A DNA stretch of 64,000 bases from positions 2,048,001 to 2,112,000 of the forward strand of contig OY970399.1 of assembly GCA_963720545.1 (NCBI GenBank), written 5' to 3'. Of the stretch, positions 36,203-45,829 are shown in pieces. Position 1 is the stretch's first letter, and every line of letters begins with the position of its first letter. Position numbers and translations under genes: made by a program. Below the pieces are notes generated by a model. That model searched no databases. It was not told where the DNA came from and was given only the letters and a program-made list of their open reading frames with translations. The DNA comes from an uncultured Acidobacteriota bacterium (GTDB taxonomy: Bacteria > Acidobacteriota > Vicinamibacteria > Fen-336).

Positions 36203-39184
36203 TCAGAACAGCCAGGGTTTGCAATTGACCTGTGCGCCCACTGTTCGCAACGTCCGACAGGTGTCGATGCCGATGCCTTCCCAGTCGTTGCGGTTGCGTT
36301 GGACGAAGTCCACGACACCGTCGGCTTTGGGTCGCAGCTCGAGCACATGCGGCGTGGGCGCGCCCTCGGACAGTAGCGCGGTCGCAACCGCGAGCCGCAC
36401 GTTGCTGTCGAACTCGGGCTCGAACAGGGCGTCGACGCCATTGCCGTAGTACCAGACGTTGTCGTGGTCCTCGTCGACCAGGCGCGGGACCGCGGTGCTG
36501 CCGAGCCCGATCGCCCGCAGCGTCCGATGGCGGACGATACGGTTGTCGCCCTCGGACGGTCGATGAAGGTAGAAGAGCCGCAGGCGGCCGGGCAGCGGCG
36601 AACCGGGCGCAACCGCTTCCCAGGTCATCGAGGGGCGGCCGATGCTGGCTTCGTCCGACAGTTCCCAGGGGCTCGGCAACCAGCGGCCGGTGGTCGCATC
36701 CTGCGAATAGAGACGCAGGAGCCCGAGCGGACCTTGCGGAAACAAGCCGAGCAGCACGCGCCGGCCGCTGCTTTCGGTGACGTTCAAAATCGCCGGACAG
36801 CTGAGGAAGCCCGGCACCAGGACGGGATCGCCCGCTGCGTCGCGCGCGACCTCGTCGCCGCCCCAGGAGCCGGGCGAGGCGCCGCGCACTTTCAGGACGA
36901 CGTTGCCGTTCGCGTTCTTGAAAGCGAGAAGCAGCGTCGAGCCGGCGGCCGTGAGCGAGAACTCGTCGACGGCCGGCACGCTCACCGGGATCGGAGTTGC
37001 TGTACTCCACAGAAAGCTTGCGGTCATGGTGGCCTCGAAGAGCCCGGCATCGGTCCGAAACACGATCAGCACGCGGGGCGCCGCGCCGCCGCTCAACCGG
37101 TGTGCAGCGATCGAGAGAATGCCGTGATTCCAGGGCTGGTCCACGGCACGCCTTGTGAGCGGTGGGCCGCAGCGTCCCTCTGGGCCCGGACAGGACAGGT
37201 CGTCGTCGGTGAAGTCCACCCACAGCCGGCGGTCGCGCTCGTCGCCATAGAACACAAAAGTCCGGTTACCCAAACGCGCCAGCGCCGGCACGCCGTCGGT
37301 CAACCCGCCGGTGCGCATCGTGTTGGTGCGGGTGAACTCGCAGCTGCCACCGCCGTCATTGGCGTAGGCGCGCACCGGCGCGTCGGAGAACACACCATCG
37401 CGGTCCCAGTCGACGCTGCCGCTCGCGTCGTCGACGTTGTAGCCGAAGACGTCGCGCAGGTCGGCCAGGTACTTCACGCCCGGGCCGTTCGCGGGCACGC
37501 CCGCTTTCTCGACCAGCGCGACGTTGTTGAGCGCGGCGCGCCCGAACCCGTCGGCGAACGTCTGGCACGGCTCGTCCGCCGGCGTGGGCAAGCCGCCGCC
37601 AAGACCGCCGCGATCGCGGCGTCTAAAGCGCAACAGGCGGCCATCCACGCGTGCCATGCCGACCGCAACGAATGGCACCACGATGCCGCCGGTCGGGCAC
37701 GACCGCCCCAGATAGGCGTAGCTCATCAGGCTCGGATAGTTGGGTTTGCAGTTCGCATCGGGCTCGGCGCGCTGCGGCCCCGAGTGGTCGATGCCCAGGG
37801 TGTGGCCGAACTCGTGCGCGGCGACCTCGGCGGAGTCGAGGGGCAGGTTGAGGGTCGCCGCGTGCAGCGGCGCCTGGCCACCGGAACCGGGGTAACCGAG
37901 CGCGTAGTGGAAGAGCCCAACGCGGTTGCGGTGCATCATCGAGCTCCAGACGTCGGCCGCGTCGGCGCGGTGGCAATCGTCGCCGTCGCACACCGGCGAG
38001 GCGACGTCGTGGCCGCCCCAATCGCCATAGGTCGCAAACACTTTTTCGGCCGCCCCGGGCGGCGGGTTCTGGCCGGTGTCGAAATGCAGGCTGACACCCG
38101 GCTCGAGGTCCGGGTTGTCGAGCGACTGGGCGTGCGCCAGGCGCAGCAGCGGATTTTTCTCGACGTCGGCGTAGATCTGCGCCATGCGCACGGCATCGTC
38201 CGGCGCCAGCAGCTGCGGCGGATCGTTGCGCGAGGACGCGCCGTAGTCGACCTCGATGAACACGTCCTTGTGGCGCGGGTTGGCGCCCCAGCGCGGCAGC
38301 AGCTGATACGGCGCGCCGAGCAGTGTGCCGAGCAATTCGGTGCCGTCCTGCAGGCCGTCGCCATCGGTGTCGCGCGGGTCGATCGACCGCGAGCACTCCC
38401 AGTTGCCGACCGCCTCGCGGTTGGTGGAGCAGGTGCCGAACTGGTTCTCGAGCTCGGAACCGAGGCCATCGCGGTCCGGGTCGTGCCCCGAGAGAGCGCG
38501 GTCGTTGCGCACCAGGCGCACCGGACGAGCCTGGTCGGGGAACGTGTTGCCGACCAGAATCACCTCGACGGGCCGGTTCGCGAGCGGTCGGCCGGTGCTC
38601 TCGTTGGCGCCGCTTTCGTAGCGCTCGCGCATCCGGCCGTCGTCGTCGAGCGTGTACAAGGTGTGGCTGCGCGGGCCGTTCGGCAGCGGCACGATCGTCA
38701 GGGTCTCGCCGGCACGGGTATTCTCGAGGCGCTTGAAGGCACCGCCGACGGGCAGGCGGAGCCAGACGACACGTCCATCACAGAAGAGATCGGCGGCGCC
38801 CTGGCCCGAGTTCCAGTTGGCGCGCAAGACGAGCCGGAACCGCCCCGCGCTCGACGCGCGGAAGCTGAAGCGGGCGTTGAGGCCGCCGGCTGAATCGTCG
38901 TCGCGCGCTACCTCTTGCACGGCGCCATTGCCGGTCTTCGGCGCCAGAAGATGCAGCACGGGGTCGGCGCCGCCGGTGAGGTTGCGCGTTTCACACGTGC
39001 GCGTCTGGCCAGCGGTGAAGTCGAGGGTCATGCTGAACACGACGCTCGCATCGAGCCGATAGGCGCTGCCGCCCCGGCTCGGGTCGCGATGATCCCGGAC
39101 CGTGCGGCCCGCGACTATGGCTGGCGCGATCAACAACAAGATACCCAGCCATGTGGCGACGATTGCCGACACCGTTCTGCGCAT
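36203..39184 (-). CDS. Large secreted zinc metalloprotease-like protein (metzincin motif) with Ca-binding repeats
   Basis: Signal peptide, HEFGHTLGIDH, NYPSLMSY Met-turn, DTDGDGLQD/DPDRDGLG repeats, KDVFIEVD. Confidence 0.75.
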   Translation of the reverse strand: MRRTVSAIVATWLGILLLIAPAIVAGRTVRDHRDPSRGGSAYRLDASVVFSMTLDFTAGQTRTCETRNLTGGADPVLHLLAPKTGNGAVQEVARDDDSAGGLNARFSFRASSAGRFRLVLRANWNSGQGAADLFCDGRVVWLRLPVGGAFKRLENTRAGETLTIVPLPNGPRSHTLYTLDDDGRMRERYESGANESTGRPLANRPVEVILVGNTFPDQARPVRLVRNDRALSGHDPDRDGLGSELENQFGTCSTNREAVGNWECSRSIDPRDTDGDGLQDGTELLGTLLGAPYQLLPRWGANPRHKDVFIEVDYGASSRNDPPQLLAPDDAVRMAQIYADVEKNPLLRLAHAQSLDNPDLEPGVSLHFDTGQNPPPGAAEKVFATYGDWGGHDVASPVCDGDDCHRADAADVWSSMMHRNRVGLFHYALGYPGSGGQAPLHAATLNLPLDSAEVAAHEFGHTLGIDHSGPQRAEPDANCKPNYPSLMSYAYLGRSCPTGGIVVPFVAVGMARVDGRLLRFRRRDRGGLGGGLPTPADEPCQTFADGFGRAALNNVALVEKAGVPANGPGVKYLADLRDVFGYNVDDASGSVDWDRDGVFSDAPVRAYANDGGGSCEFTRTNTMRTGGLTDGVPALARLGNRTFVFYGDERDRRLWVDFTDDDLSCPGPEGRCGPPLTRRAVDQPWNHGILSIAAHRLSGGAAPRVLIVFRTDAGLFEATMTASFLWSTATPIPVSVPAVDEFSLTAAGSTLLLAFKNANGNVVLKVRGASPGSWGGDEVARDAAGDPVLVPGFLSCPAILNVTESSGRRVLLGLFPQGPLGLLRLYSQDATTGRWLPSPWELSDEASIGRPSMTWEAVAPGSPLPGRLRLFYLHRPSEGDNRIVRHRTLRAIGLGSTAVPRLVDEDHDNVWYYGNGVDALFEPEFDSNVRLAVATALLSEGAPTPHVLELRPKADGVVDFVQRNRNDWEGIGIDTCRTLRTVGAQVNCKPWLF

Positions 39185-39252
39185 AGGGCCTGCCCCAGTG
39201 ATGGCGGACAGTCGTTGGAGGGGGCCCCGGCGTCGCCGTCAGGGACTGTAGC

Positions 39253-39924
39253 TCAGCGCGGGCGGCAGTTCCAGTTGAGCCACGGCGCCGGCGCCGACTG
39301 GTCGCCCTTGCCCTGCGCCGCCAGGCCGCGTTCGAGCCGCCAGATGGCCTCACTCGCCGTCTGCAGGTCCTTCGCTTCGGCCATCAGCCGGAACTCAGCG
39401 CCCGGAGTGTTGTACGCCTGCTGCATCGGCATCGGGGTGTCGCGCAGCCGGTAGACCGTGCCGTCCTGCTTCTTCACTTCGTAGATGTAGTAGCGCCCGG
39501 GTCCGCGCGCCGCCATCTTCTTCTGCAGCGCGCCGAGGAGCGGCACGAAGTCGACGACGTACGGGGTGGTCGGCCGGACGCTGCGCATCTGCTGGCGCGT
39601 CTCGGCGTCGGTCGGCGCGCCGCGGTCGGGCGCGCCGCATTCAAGGTCGAACCCTTTCAGCAGGTTCTCGAACGCCTGCTGCGGCGTCGTGCCCTCCACC
39701 TCGACGTTGGTCTCGAAGCGCAGCAGCCCCTTGTCGATCGCGTCGTCCACGGCCTTGTCGATGTCGGCCTGCAGCGTGCCGGGCGGCTTCGGCGACGCCG
39801 GCGATGACGGCGTCGACGGCGATGGCATTGGCGACGCCGACGGCGATGCGGACGGGGTCTGGCCGCGCACGGCGAAGGGCACCGCCGCGAGGCAGAGAGC
39901 GCAGAGGAACAGGCGAAGCTTCAT
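39253..39924 (-). CDS. Secreted hypothetical protein with Pro/Ser-rich linker
   Basis: Signal peptide MKLRLFLCALCLAAVPFAVRG; SPSASPMPSPS linker. Confidence 0.7.
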   Translation of the reverse strand: MKLRLFLCALCLAAVPFAVRGQTPSASPSASPMPSPSTPSSPASPKPPGTLQADIDKAVDDAIDKGLLRFETNVEVEGTTPQQAFENLLKGFDLECGAPDRGAPTDAETRQQMRSVRPTTPYVVDFVPLLGALQKKMAARGPGRYYIYEVKKQDGTVYRLRDTPMPMQQAYNTPGAEFRLMAEAKDLQTASEAIWRLERGLAAQGKGDQSAPAPWLNWNCRPR

Positions 39925-39968
39925 CTCGCTTCAATCCTAGTCACGGCGCATCCCGCGCGCCAGCGCTC

Positions 39969-40353
39969 GTATTCCTGAGGGCTCCTTGCGCTTGCTCAGG
40001 CCCGAAGGATCCACCTTCCGTTTTCCCGAGCAGCTCAACGCTTGCGTCGCGATCGAGGGATCTCACTGTGTCCGGACACAGTGGGTTCAACGGAGATCCC
40101 TCGGTCGCAGCGCAAGCGGTGAGCTCCTCGGGAAAACGGGTTGGTACTGCGTCTGGACGCAGTAGCGGCAGATCTTTCTGGCCATCTAGCAGTCCTTTGA
40201 CTGCTAGACGGGTGAAAAGATCCTTCGGGCCAGCGCAAGCGCAATCAGCCCTCAGGAATACGGTGCGACGGTGGATCCTTCGGGCCAGCGCGAGCGCAAG
40301 GGGCCCTCAGGAATACGGGCGGCAGCGCTAGCGCAAGGCCCCCAGGAAACCGG
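39969..40353. repeat. Mosaic cluster of REP-like elements and palindromes
   Basis: GATCC(T/C)TCG...CTC(A/G)GGAA(A/T)ACG units at 39969-40012(-), 40018-40064(-), 40093-40139(+), 40218-40263(+), 40273-40318(+), partial 40323-40353. Confidence 0.85.
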
Positions 40354-40354
40354 G

Positions 40355-41752
40355 CTAGTGGGAGGCGGTGCCAGAAAGGGCCTTGACCAGGTCGCCGACG
40401 ACCGCCTTGGCGTCGCCGAAGAGCATGTAGGTGTGGTCGGCGGTGTAGAGCTCGTTGTCGATGCCGGCGAAGCCCGGGTTCATGCTGCGCTTGATGGCGA
40501 AGCAGGTGCGGGCCCGGTCGGCGTCGATGATCGGCATGCCGAAGATCGGGCTCGACTTGTCGTGGCGGGCGGCGGGGTTCACCACGTCGTTCGCGCCGAT
40601 CACCAGCACTGCGTCCGCCTGCGGCATCTCCGGGTTCATGTCGTCCATCTCGATGAGCCGGTCGTACGGGATCTCGGCTTCGGCGAGCAGCACGTTCATG
40701 TGGCCGGGCATGCGGCCCGCCACCGGGTGGATCGCGAACTTCACGTCCACGCCGCGCTTGCGCAACAGGTCGAACAGCTCACGCACGCGGTGCTGCGCCT
40801 GGGCGACGGCCATGCCGTATCCCGGCACGATCACCACCGTCTGTGCCAGTTCCATCACCTGCGCCGCGCCTTCCGGCGTCTCGGTCTTTACCGGCTTTGA
40901 TTCGACGGCGCCGCTCTTCGCCTGCACCTGGCCGAAAGCGCCGAACAGCACGTTGCTGAAGGAGCGGTTCATCGCACGGCACATGATGATGGAGAGGATG
41001 AGGCCCGACGAGCCGTCGAGGGCGCCGGCGGTCACCAGCACCTTGTTGTCGAGCACGAAGCCCATCGCCACCGCGGACAGGCCGGCGTAGGAATTGAGGA
41101 GCGACACCACCGTGGGCATGTCGGCGCCGCCGATGGGGATGACGAGCAGCACGCCGAACGCGAGCGACAGCACGATCACCGCCGGGAACAGGTACGCGTA
41201 GTCCACCGGCCGCACGATCAGCAGGAGCCCGCAGACGATGGCGATGGCGAAGAGGCCCAGGTTCATGAGGTTCTGGCCGCGGTAGGTCACCGGCCGCTGC
41301 GGGATCCACTTCACTTCCTGGAGCTTGGCGGCGGCCATCAGGCTGCCCGTGAACGTGAGGAAGCCGAGCAGCACCTCGACGACGATTGCCGTCATGCGAA
41401 ACGCCGTCAACTCCGCGTTGCCTTCGCCGAGCCACGTGTAGTACTTCGCGGTGCCGACGAGGCCCGCGGCCAGGCCGCCGAACGCGTGCGAGAGGGCGGT
41501 TCGCTGCGGCACCGCCGTGATCGGGACGCGGCTCAGCGGCACGCCCACGATTGTGCCGAGGACCAGGGCGATCGCGATCCAGTGCCAGTTGACGATGCCT
41601 GGCGTGAACATGGTGCCCACGACCGCGAGGGCCATGGCCGAGGCGCCCGCCCAGACGGCGCGCGGCGCGCTCTTCGGGTCGTTCATCCAGTAGAGCGCGA
41701 AGATGAAGAGCGCCGTGGCGAGGAGGTAGCAAGCTTCGGTCAGGAGTTGCAT
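40355..41752 (-). CDS. pntB: NAD(P)+ transhydrogenase beta subunit
   Basis: IGGADMP, VPGYGMAVAQAQ, IHPVAGRMPGHMNVLLAEA, GANDVVNPAA. Confidence 0.96.
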   Translation of the reverse strand: MQLLTEACYLLATALFIFALYWMNDPKSAPRAVWAGASAMALAVVGTMFTPGIVNWHWIAIALVLGTIVGVPLSRVPITAVPQRTALSHAFGGLAAGLVGTAKYYTWLGEGNAELTAFRMTAIVVEVLLGFLTFTGSLMAAAKLQEVKWIPQRPVTYRGQNLMNLGLFAIAIVCGLLLIVRPVDYAYLFPAVIVLSLAFGVLLVIPIGGADMPTVVSLLNSYAGLSAVAMGFVLDNKVLVTAGALDGSSGLILSIIMCRAMNRSFSNVLFGAFGQVQAKSGAVESKPVKTETPEGAAQVMELAQTVVIVPGYGMAVAQAQHRVRELFDLLRKRGVDVKFAIHPVAGRMPGHMNVLLAEAEIPYDRLIEMDDMNPEMPQADAVLVIGANDVVNPAARHDKSSPIFGMPIIDADRARTCFAIKRSMNPGFAGIDNELYTADHTYMLFGDAKAVVGDLVKALSGTASH

Positions 41753-41767
41753 CTGTGGCGCCGCGCC

Positions 41768-42064
41768 CTAGTTCTTCTTGAACATCTTCAGCATGCGGTT
41801 CGTGATGAGGAACCCGCTGACGATGTTGGTCATGGACGCAAACAGCGCCACGGCGCCGAGAAAGGTGATGATCGGCGGATGCGGCTGCCCAGCAATCGCG
41901 ATAGAGCCGACGATGGCGATCGCCGAGATCGCGTTGGTCAGGGACATCAGCGGCGTGTGCAGCAGCCGCGACACCCGGGTGATGACGCCGAGACCGATGA
42001 AGGTCGCAAGCATGAAGACGTACAGGACGGTGACGAACGAATCGCCGGGTGTCGCGTGGGCCAT
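41768..42064 (-). CDS. pntA: NAD(P)+ transhydrogenase alpha-2 (membrane) subunit
   Basis: LHTPLMSLTNAISA, NIVSGFLITNRMLKMF. Confidence 0.93.
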   Translation of the reverse strand: MAHATPGDSFVTVLYVFMLATFIGLGVITRVSRLLHTPLMSLTNAISAIAIVGSIAIAGQPHPPIITFLGAVALFASMTNIVSGFLITNRMLKMFKKN

Positions 42065-42097
42065 AGGTTGGCCTCGCAGCATATACTGCGGCGGATC

Positions 42098-43450
42098 ATG
42101 GTCAAGATCCGTCCCATCGGAATTCTCCTCACGCTGCTGGGCGCCGCGATCGCCTCGGGCTCGTGGCTTGCGGGCGCTTACACGTTGGGCCTCGTCGGCC
42201 AGGGGATGCTGGCGCTCGGTCTGGTCCTGTACGGCCTGGACCGCCGCTCGCTGACCAGCTGGATCCTCATCTCGATGGTGCTCGGCGCGCTCGTCGGCCA
42301 TCACTGGCCGGAGGTCGGACAGGGCCTGCGGCTGCTGAGCCAGATCTTCCTGCGGATGATCAAGACGATCATCGCGCCGCTCATCTTCGCGACGCTGGTG
42401 GTGGGCATCGCCGGCCACTCGAACCTGCGCCAGGTGGGCCGGATGGGGGTGAAGGCGCTCGTCTACTTCGAAGTCGTGACGACCATCGCGCTCGTCATAG
42501 GCCTCGCCGCCATCAACATCTCGAAGGCAGGGGTCGGCGTTGTGGCGCCCCCGGCGATGGAGCAGACCAACATCACCGTGGTCAAACAGACGGCGGCCGA
42601 TGTGGTGCTGCACTCGTTCCCGGAGAACATCGCGAAGGCGGTGGCCGAGGGCCACGTGCTGCAGGTGGTGGTGTTCAGCATCCTGTTCGGCATCGGCCTC
42701 GCGCAACTGCGCCCCGACAAGCGCGCGCCGCTGCTGGTGGTGATCGATGCGCTGGCCGAGACGATGTTCAAGTTCACCAACATCGTCATGATGTTTGCGC
42801 CCATCGGCGTCGGCGCCGCCATCGCCTACACCGTCGGCCACATGGGGCTCGGCATTCTCGTCAACCTCTTCAAGCTGCTCGCGACCTTGTATGTGGCACT
42901 CACCGTCTTCCTGCTGGCGGTGCTGCTGCCGGCGGCGCTGTGGGCGCGGCTGCCGCTGCGGCGCTTCATCGCCGCGATCGCCGAGCCGGTCTCGATCGCC
43001 TTCGCCACCACCAGCTCGGAGGCGGCGCTGCCGCTGGCAATGGAGCGCATGGAAAAGCTGGGCGTGCCGCGCCAGATCGTGGCGTTCGTCATGCCCACCG
43101 GCTACAGCTTCAACCTCGACGGGTCCACCCTGTACCTGGCGCTCGCCACCATCTTCGTGGCGCAGGCCGCGAACATGCCGATGACCATCACCCACCAGCT
43201 CGCCATCGTGTTCACGCTGATGCTGACGAGCAAGGGCGTCGCCGGCGTGCCGCGCGCGACGCTCGTGATCCTGCTCGGGACCGCGTCGCAATTCGGCCTG
43301 CCTGAATGGCCCATCCTTGCCATCCTCGGCATCGACGAGTTGATGGACATGGCGCGCACCTCGGTGAACGTCATCGGCAACTGCGTCGCGACTGCCGTGG
43401 TCGCTCGCTGGGAAGGCGAGTTCCCGCCCAAAGAACCCGCGGCGGCCTGA
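42098..43450 (+). CDS. Dicarboxylate/amino acid:cation symporter (DAACS, GltP/DctA-like)
   Basis: FLRMIK, AFATTSSEAALP, PTGYSFNLDG, TSKGVAGVP, MDMARTSVNVIGN. Confidence 0.93.
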   Translation: MVKIRPIGILLTLLGAAIASGSWLAGAYTLGLVGQGMLALGLVLYGLDRRSLTSWILISMVLGALVGHHWPEVGQGLRLLSQIFLRMIKTIIAPLIFATLVVGIAGHSNLRQVGRMGVKALVYFEVVTTIALVIGLAAINISKAGVGVVAPPAMEQTNITVVKQTAADVVLHSFPENIAKAVAEGHVLQVVVFSILFGIGLAQLRPDKRAPLLVVIDALAETMFKFTNIVMMFAPIGVGAAIAYTVGHMGLGILVNLFKLLATLYVALTVFLLAVLLPAALWARLPLRRFIAAIAEPVSIAFATTSSEAALPLAMERMEKLGVPRQIVAFVMPTGYSFNLDGSTLYLALATIFVAQAANMPMTITHQLAIVFTLMLTSKGVAGVPRATLVILLGTASQFGLPEWPILAILGIDELMDMARTSVNVIGNCVATAVVARWEGEFPPKEPAAA

Positions 43451-43514
43451 GCCAACCTCCGGCGGCGCGCCCCGGTCTAAACCGCGAGCGCACCTTTTCC
43501 CCGGAGGTTTCATC

Positions 43515-44141
43515 TTGTCCAGTCTCTTGGTTTTCGCACTTCTCGCGGCCACGCCCGCGACCGCTACGCCTGCCGGCAGCTTCGTCGGCCATTGGACGCT
43601 GAACGCCGGCAAGAGCGAGGACGCGCGGCAAAAGATGCGCGACGCGCGCGGCGGTAGCGGCGGCGGCGGCAGCGGCGAACCGGCCGGCCGGCATGGCGGC
43701 GGCGGCATGGGCGGGCGCAGCGGTGGCGGCGGGCACTGGGGCGGCGGCCAGGGCGGCCCCGGCGGTGGTGGCAGCCGCGGCCAGGGCGAAGGCGCGCGGC
43801 CGGCGGCGATGGAAGCGCTGTTCGAGCCCGCGACCGAGCTGACAATCCAGGCTTCCGAGAACGGCATCGACCTCGTGCCCTCAAACCAGTCGATTCGCTC
43901 GCTGCACCCCGACGGCAAGAAGTACAAGGCCGATGCCGGCGGCACCGAGGTGACGAGCCGCTTCGACGGCACAGCACTCGTGGTGGAATCGAAGACGGCG
44001 CACGGCTCGAAACTTGTCGAGACGTTTCGTGTCGACGAGGCGCAGCACCAGCTGGTTGTCGTTGCGCGGATGGAGGGCGGCCGCGGGCCCGCGCTCAGCG
44101 TGACGCGCGTGTACGACGCGGACGCGGAGCCGCAGCCCTAG
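43515..44141 (+). CDS. Secreted hypothetical protein with Gly-rich insert
   Basis: Signal-like N-terminus, FVGHWTLN...SED, Gly-rich tract, terminal RVYD. Confidence 0.7.
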   Translation: MSSLLVFALLAATPATATPAGSFVGHWTLNAGKSEDARQKMRDARGGSGGGGSGEPAGRHGGGGMGGRSGGGGHWGGGQGGPGGGGSRGQGEGARPAAMEALFEPATELTIQASENGIDLVPSNQSIRSLHPDGKKYKADAGGTEVTSRFDGTALVVESKTAHGSKLVETFRVDEAQHQLVVVARMEGGRGPALSVTRVYDADAEPQP

Positions 44142-45043
44142 ACGCCCGTGAGCGCGATGCGCGCCGCGCCCACGACACCGGCATCGGCGCCGAGGGTGGC
44201 GCGCACCACCGAGATCTCGCCGCGGAACTGCGTGGCGCGCGACAGCGAACGCCGCATCGCGGCGGCGAACAGCTCGAAGCGGTCTTCGATGATGCCGCCG
44301 GCGAGGACGATGCGCTCCGGAAGACAGGCGTGGGCGATGGTCCACGCCGCGGTCTCGGCGGCGCGCAGCGCGCGTGCCACCACTTCCTGCGCGGCCGGTT
44401 CGCCGCGCTCCGCCGCGGCGAACACTTCGCGGCTGGTGCCGAGGCCGCTGGCGCCGATGGCGGTGCCGGAAGCGAGGCTCTCGAAGCAGCCGTGCGCACC
44501 GCAGTAGCAAGGCGGCCCGTCGGGGTCGACGGGGATGTGGCCGAGCTCCGGATGCTGGCCAGCAAGGCCGCGCACCACGGCGCCGTCCACCACGCTGCCG
44601 CCGCCGATGCCGGTGCCAAACGTCAGCATCACCATGCTGCGGCAGCCGCGCCCGGCGCCAGCGAACGCTTCGCCGATGGCCGCTGCATCGGCATCGTTCT
44701 CGAGCCACACGGGGACGCCGTAGCCGGCAAGCGCCGCGACGACGTTGCGGCCGCCCCAGCCGGGCAGCGTGTAGTCGTTCTCGATCGTGCCGGCCGCGGT
44801 GTCGAGCGGGCCCGGACAACCGATGCCGATGCCGCGCACCGGTGTCGTGCTCCATCCGGCTTCCACCAGGACCGCATCGATCGCCTCACGGATGCGGCCA
44901 ATGCCAGCCTCGAAACCACGCTCGGGCTCGGTGAGCCATTCCCTGCGGCTTGCGACCCTGCCCGTGGCGCTCACGACGCCAACCGCCGTCTTGGTGCCGC
45001 CGATGTCGATGCCGATCGCGCGCTCTTCCGGTCTCTCGCTCAC
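44138..45043 (-). CDS. ROK-family sugar kinase
   Basis: GIDIGGTK, GIGCPGP, ENDADAAAIGE, GTGIGGG, ELGH...CYCG..GCFE. Confidence 0.92.
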   Translation of the reverse strand: MSERPEERAIGIDIGGTKTAVGVVSATGRVASRREWLTEPERGFEAGIGRIREAIDAVLVEAGWSTTPVRGIGIGCPGPLDTAAGTIENDYTLPGWGGRNVVAALAGYGVPVWLENDADAAAIGEAFAGAGRGCRSMVMLTFGTGIGGGSVVDGAVVRGLAGQHPELGHIPVDPDGPPCYCGAHGCFESLASGTAIGASGLGTSREVFAAAERGEPAAQEVVARALRAAETAAWTIAHACLPERIVLAGGIIEDRFELFAAAMRRSLSRATQFRGEISVVRATLGADAGVVGAARIALTGV

Positions 45044-45774
45044 AACCGGCCCGAAAGCTGGACCGCCGCCGCCATGTCGCAAAGGCAGAGCGCGTCCTGG
45101 TGCACGCGCAGGAAGGACGCCGGGAAGTCGGTGCTGATGGCGCCCTCGCACAGCCGCTTGAGCGCCGCCTGCTTGGCCTCGCCGCTGACCACGAGCAGCA
45201 CGCGCTCCGCCGCCATCAGGTCGCCCATGCCGAGCGTCATGCCGTAGGTGGCCGTGCCCCTGGCCAGGGCCACCATCGAATGGGTGCGCGAGGTCTCGCT
45301 GAGTGTGGCGACATGCGGTCGCAACTGCAGTTCCGCCGCCGGCTCGTTGAAGCCGAGATGGCCGTTGAGGCCGAGTCCGAGGACCGCCATGTCGATGGCG
45401 CCGGCGGCGTCGAGCCAGGACGAGACGCGCTGGCACTCGCGTGCCGGATCGTCGAGGTCGCCGCGAAACGCCATGAAGCGGTGCTCGTCGATGCTCAGCG
45501 GCGCCACCAGCTCACGGCGGATCTGGGTGTCGGAGCTGCCTGGATCGTCGAGGTTCAGGCCGCCCCACTCGTCGAGCTTCACGAGCCGCGCCTGTTGGAA
45601 GGCTTCACGGTGGCGTTCGAGGAGCTGGTAGGCGCGCGACGGTGTTGCGCCGCTCGCGGCGCACAGCAGCAGGCCGGGCCGCGCTTCGGCGGCGGCGACG
45701 ATCTCGGCGGCCGCACGGCGGCTCATCGCTTCGTGATCGGCCGTGACCAGGAGGCGGAAGCCGGGAGCTGCCAT
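45040..45774 (-). CDS. Glucosamine/galactosamine-6-phosphate isomerase-family protein
   Basis: ASGATP, LDEW, LGLGLNGHLGFNEP, PASFLRVH. Confidence 0.88.
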   Translation of the reverse strand: MAAPGFRLLVTADHEAMSRRAAAEIVAAAEARPGLLLCAASGATPSRAYQLLERHREAFQQARLVKLDEWGGLNLDDPGSSDTQIRRELVAPLSIDEHRFMAFRGDLDDPARECQRVSSWLDAAGAIDMAVLGLGLNGHLGFNEPAAELQLRPHVATLSETSRTHSMVALARGTATYGMTLGMGDLMAAERVLLVVSGEAKQAALKRLCEGAISTDFPASFLRVHQDALCLCDMAAAVQLSGRL

Positions 45775-45829
45775 CCGCAGATTCTAGGGCCAGGCCGGCT
45801 GCTAGACTCCGCCGCTGCGGAGACCACAT

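Noticed and set aside
39969..40353. CRISPR array or protein-coding ORF in the repeat cluster
   Set aside because: Units occur in both orientations with irregular spacing and variable interiors, and the overlapping ORFs have no coding features.
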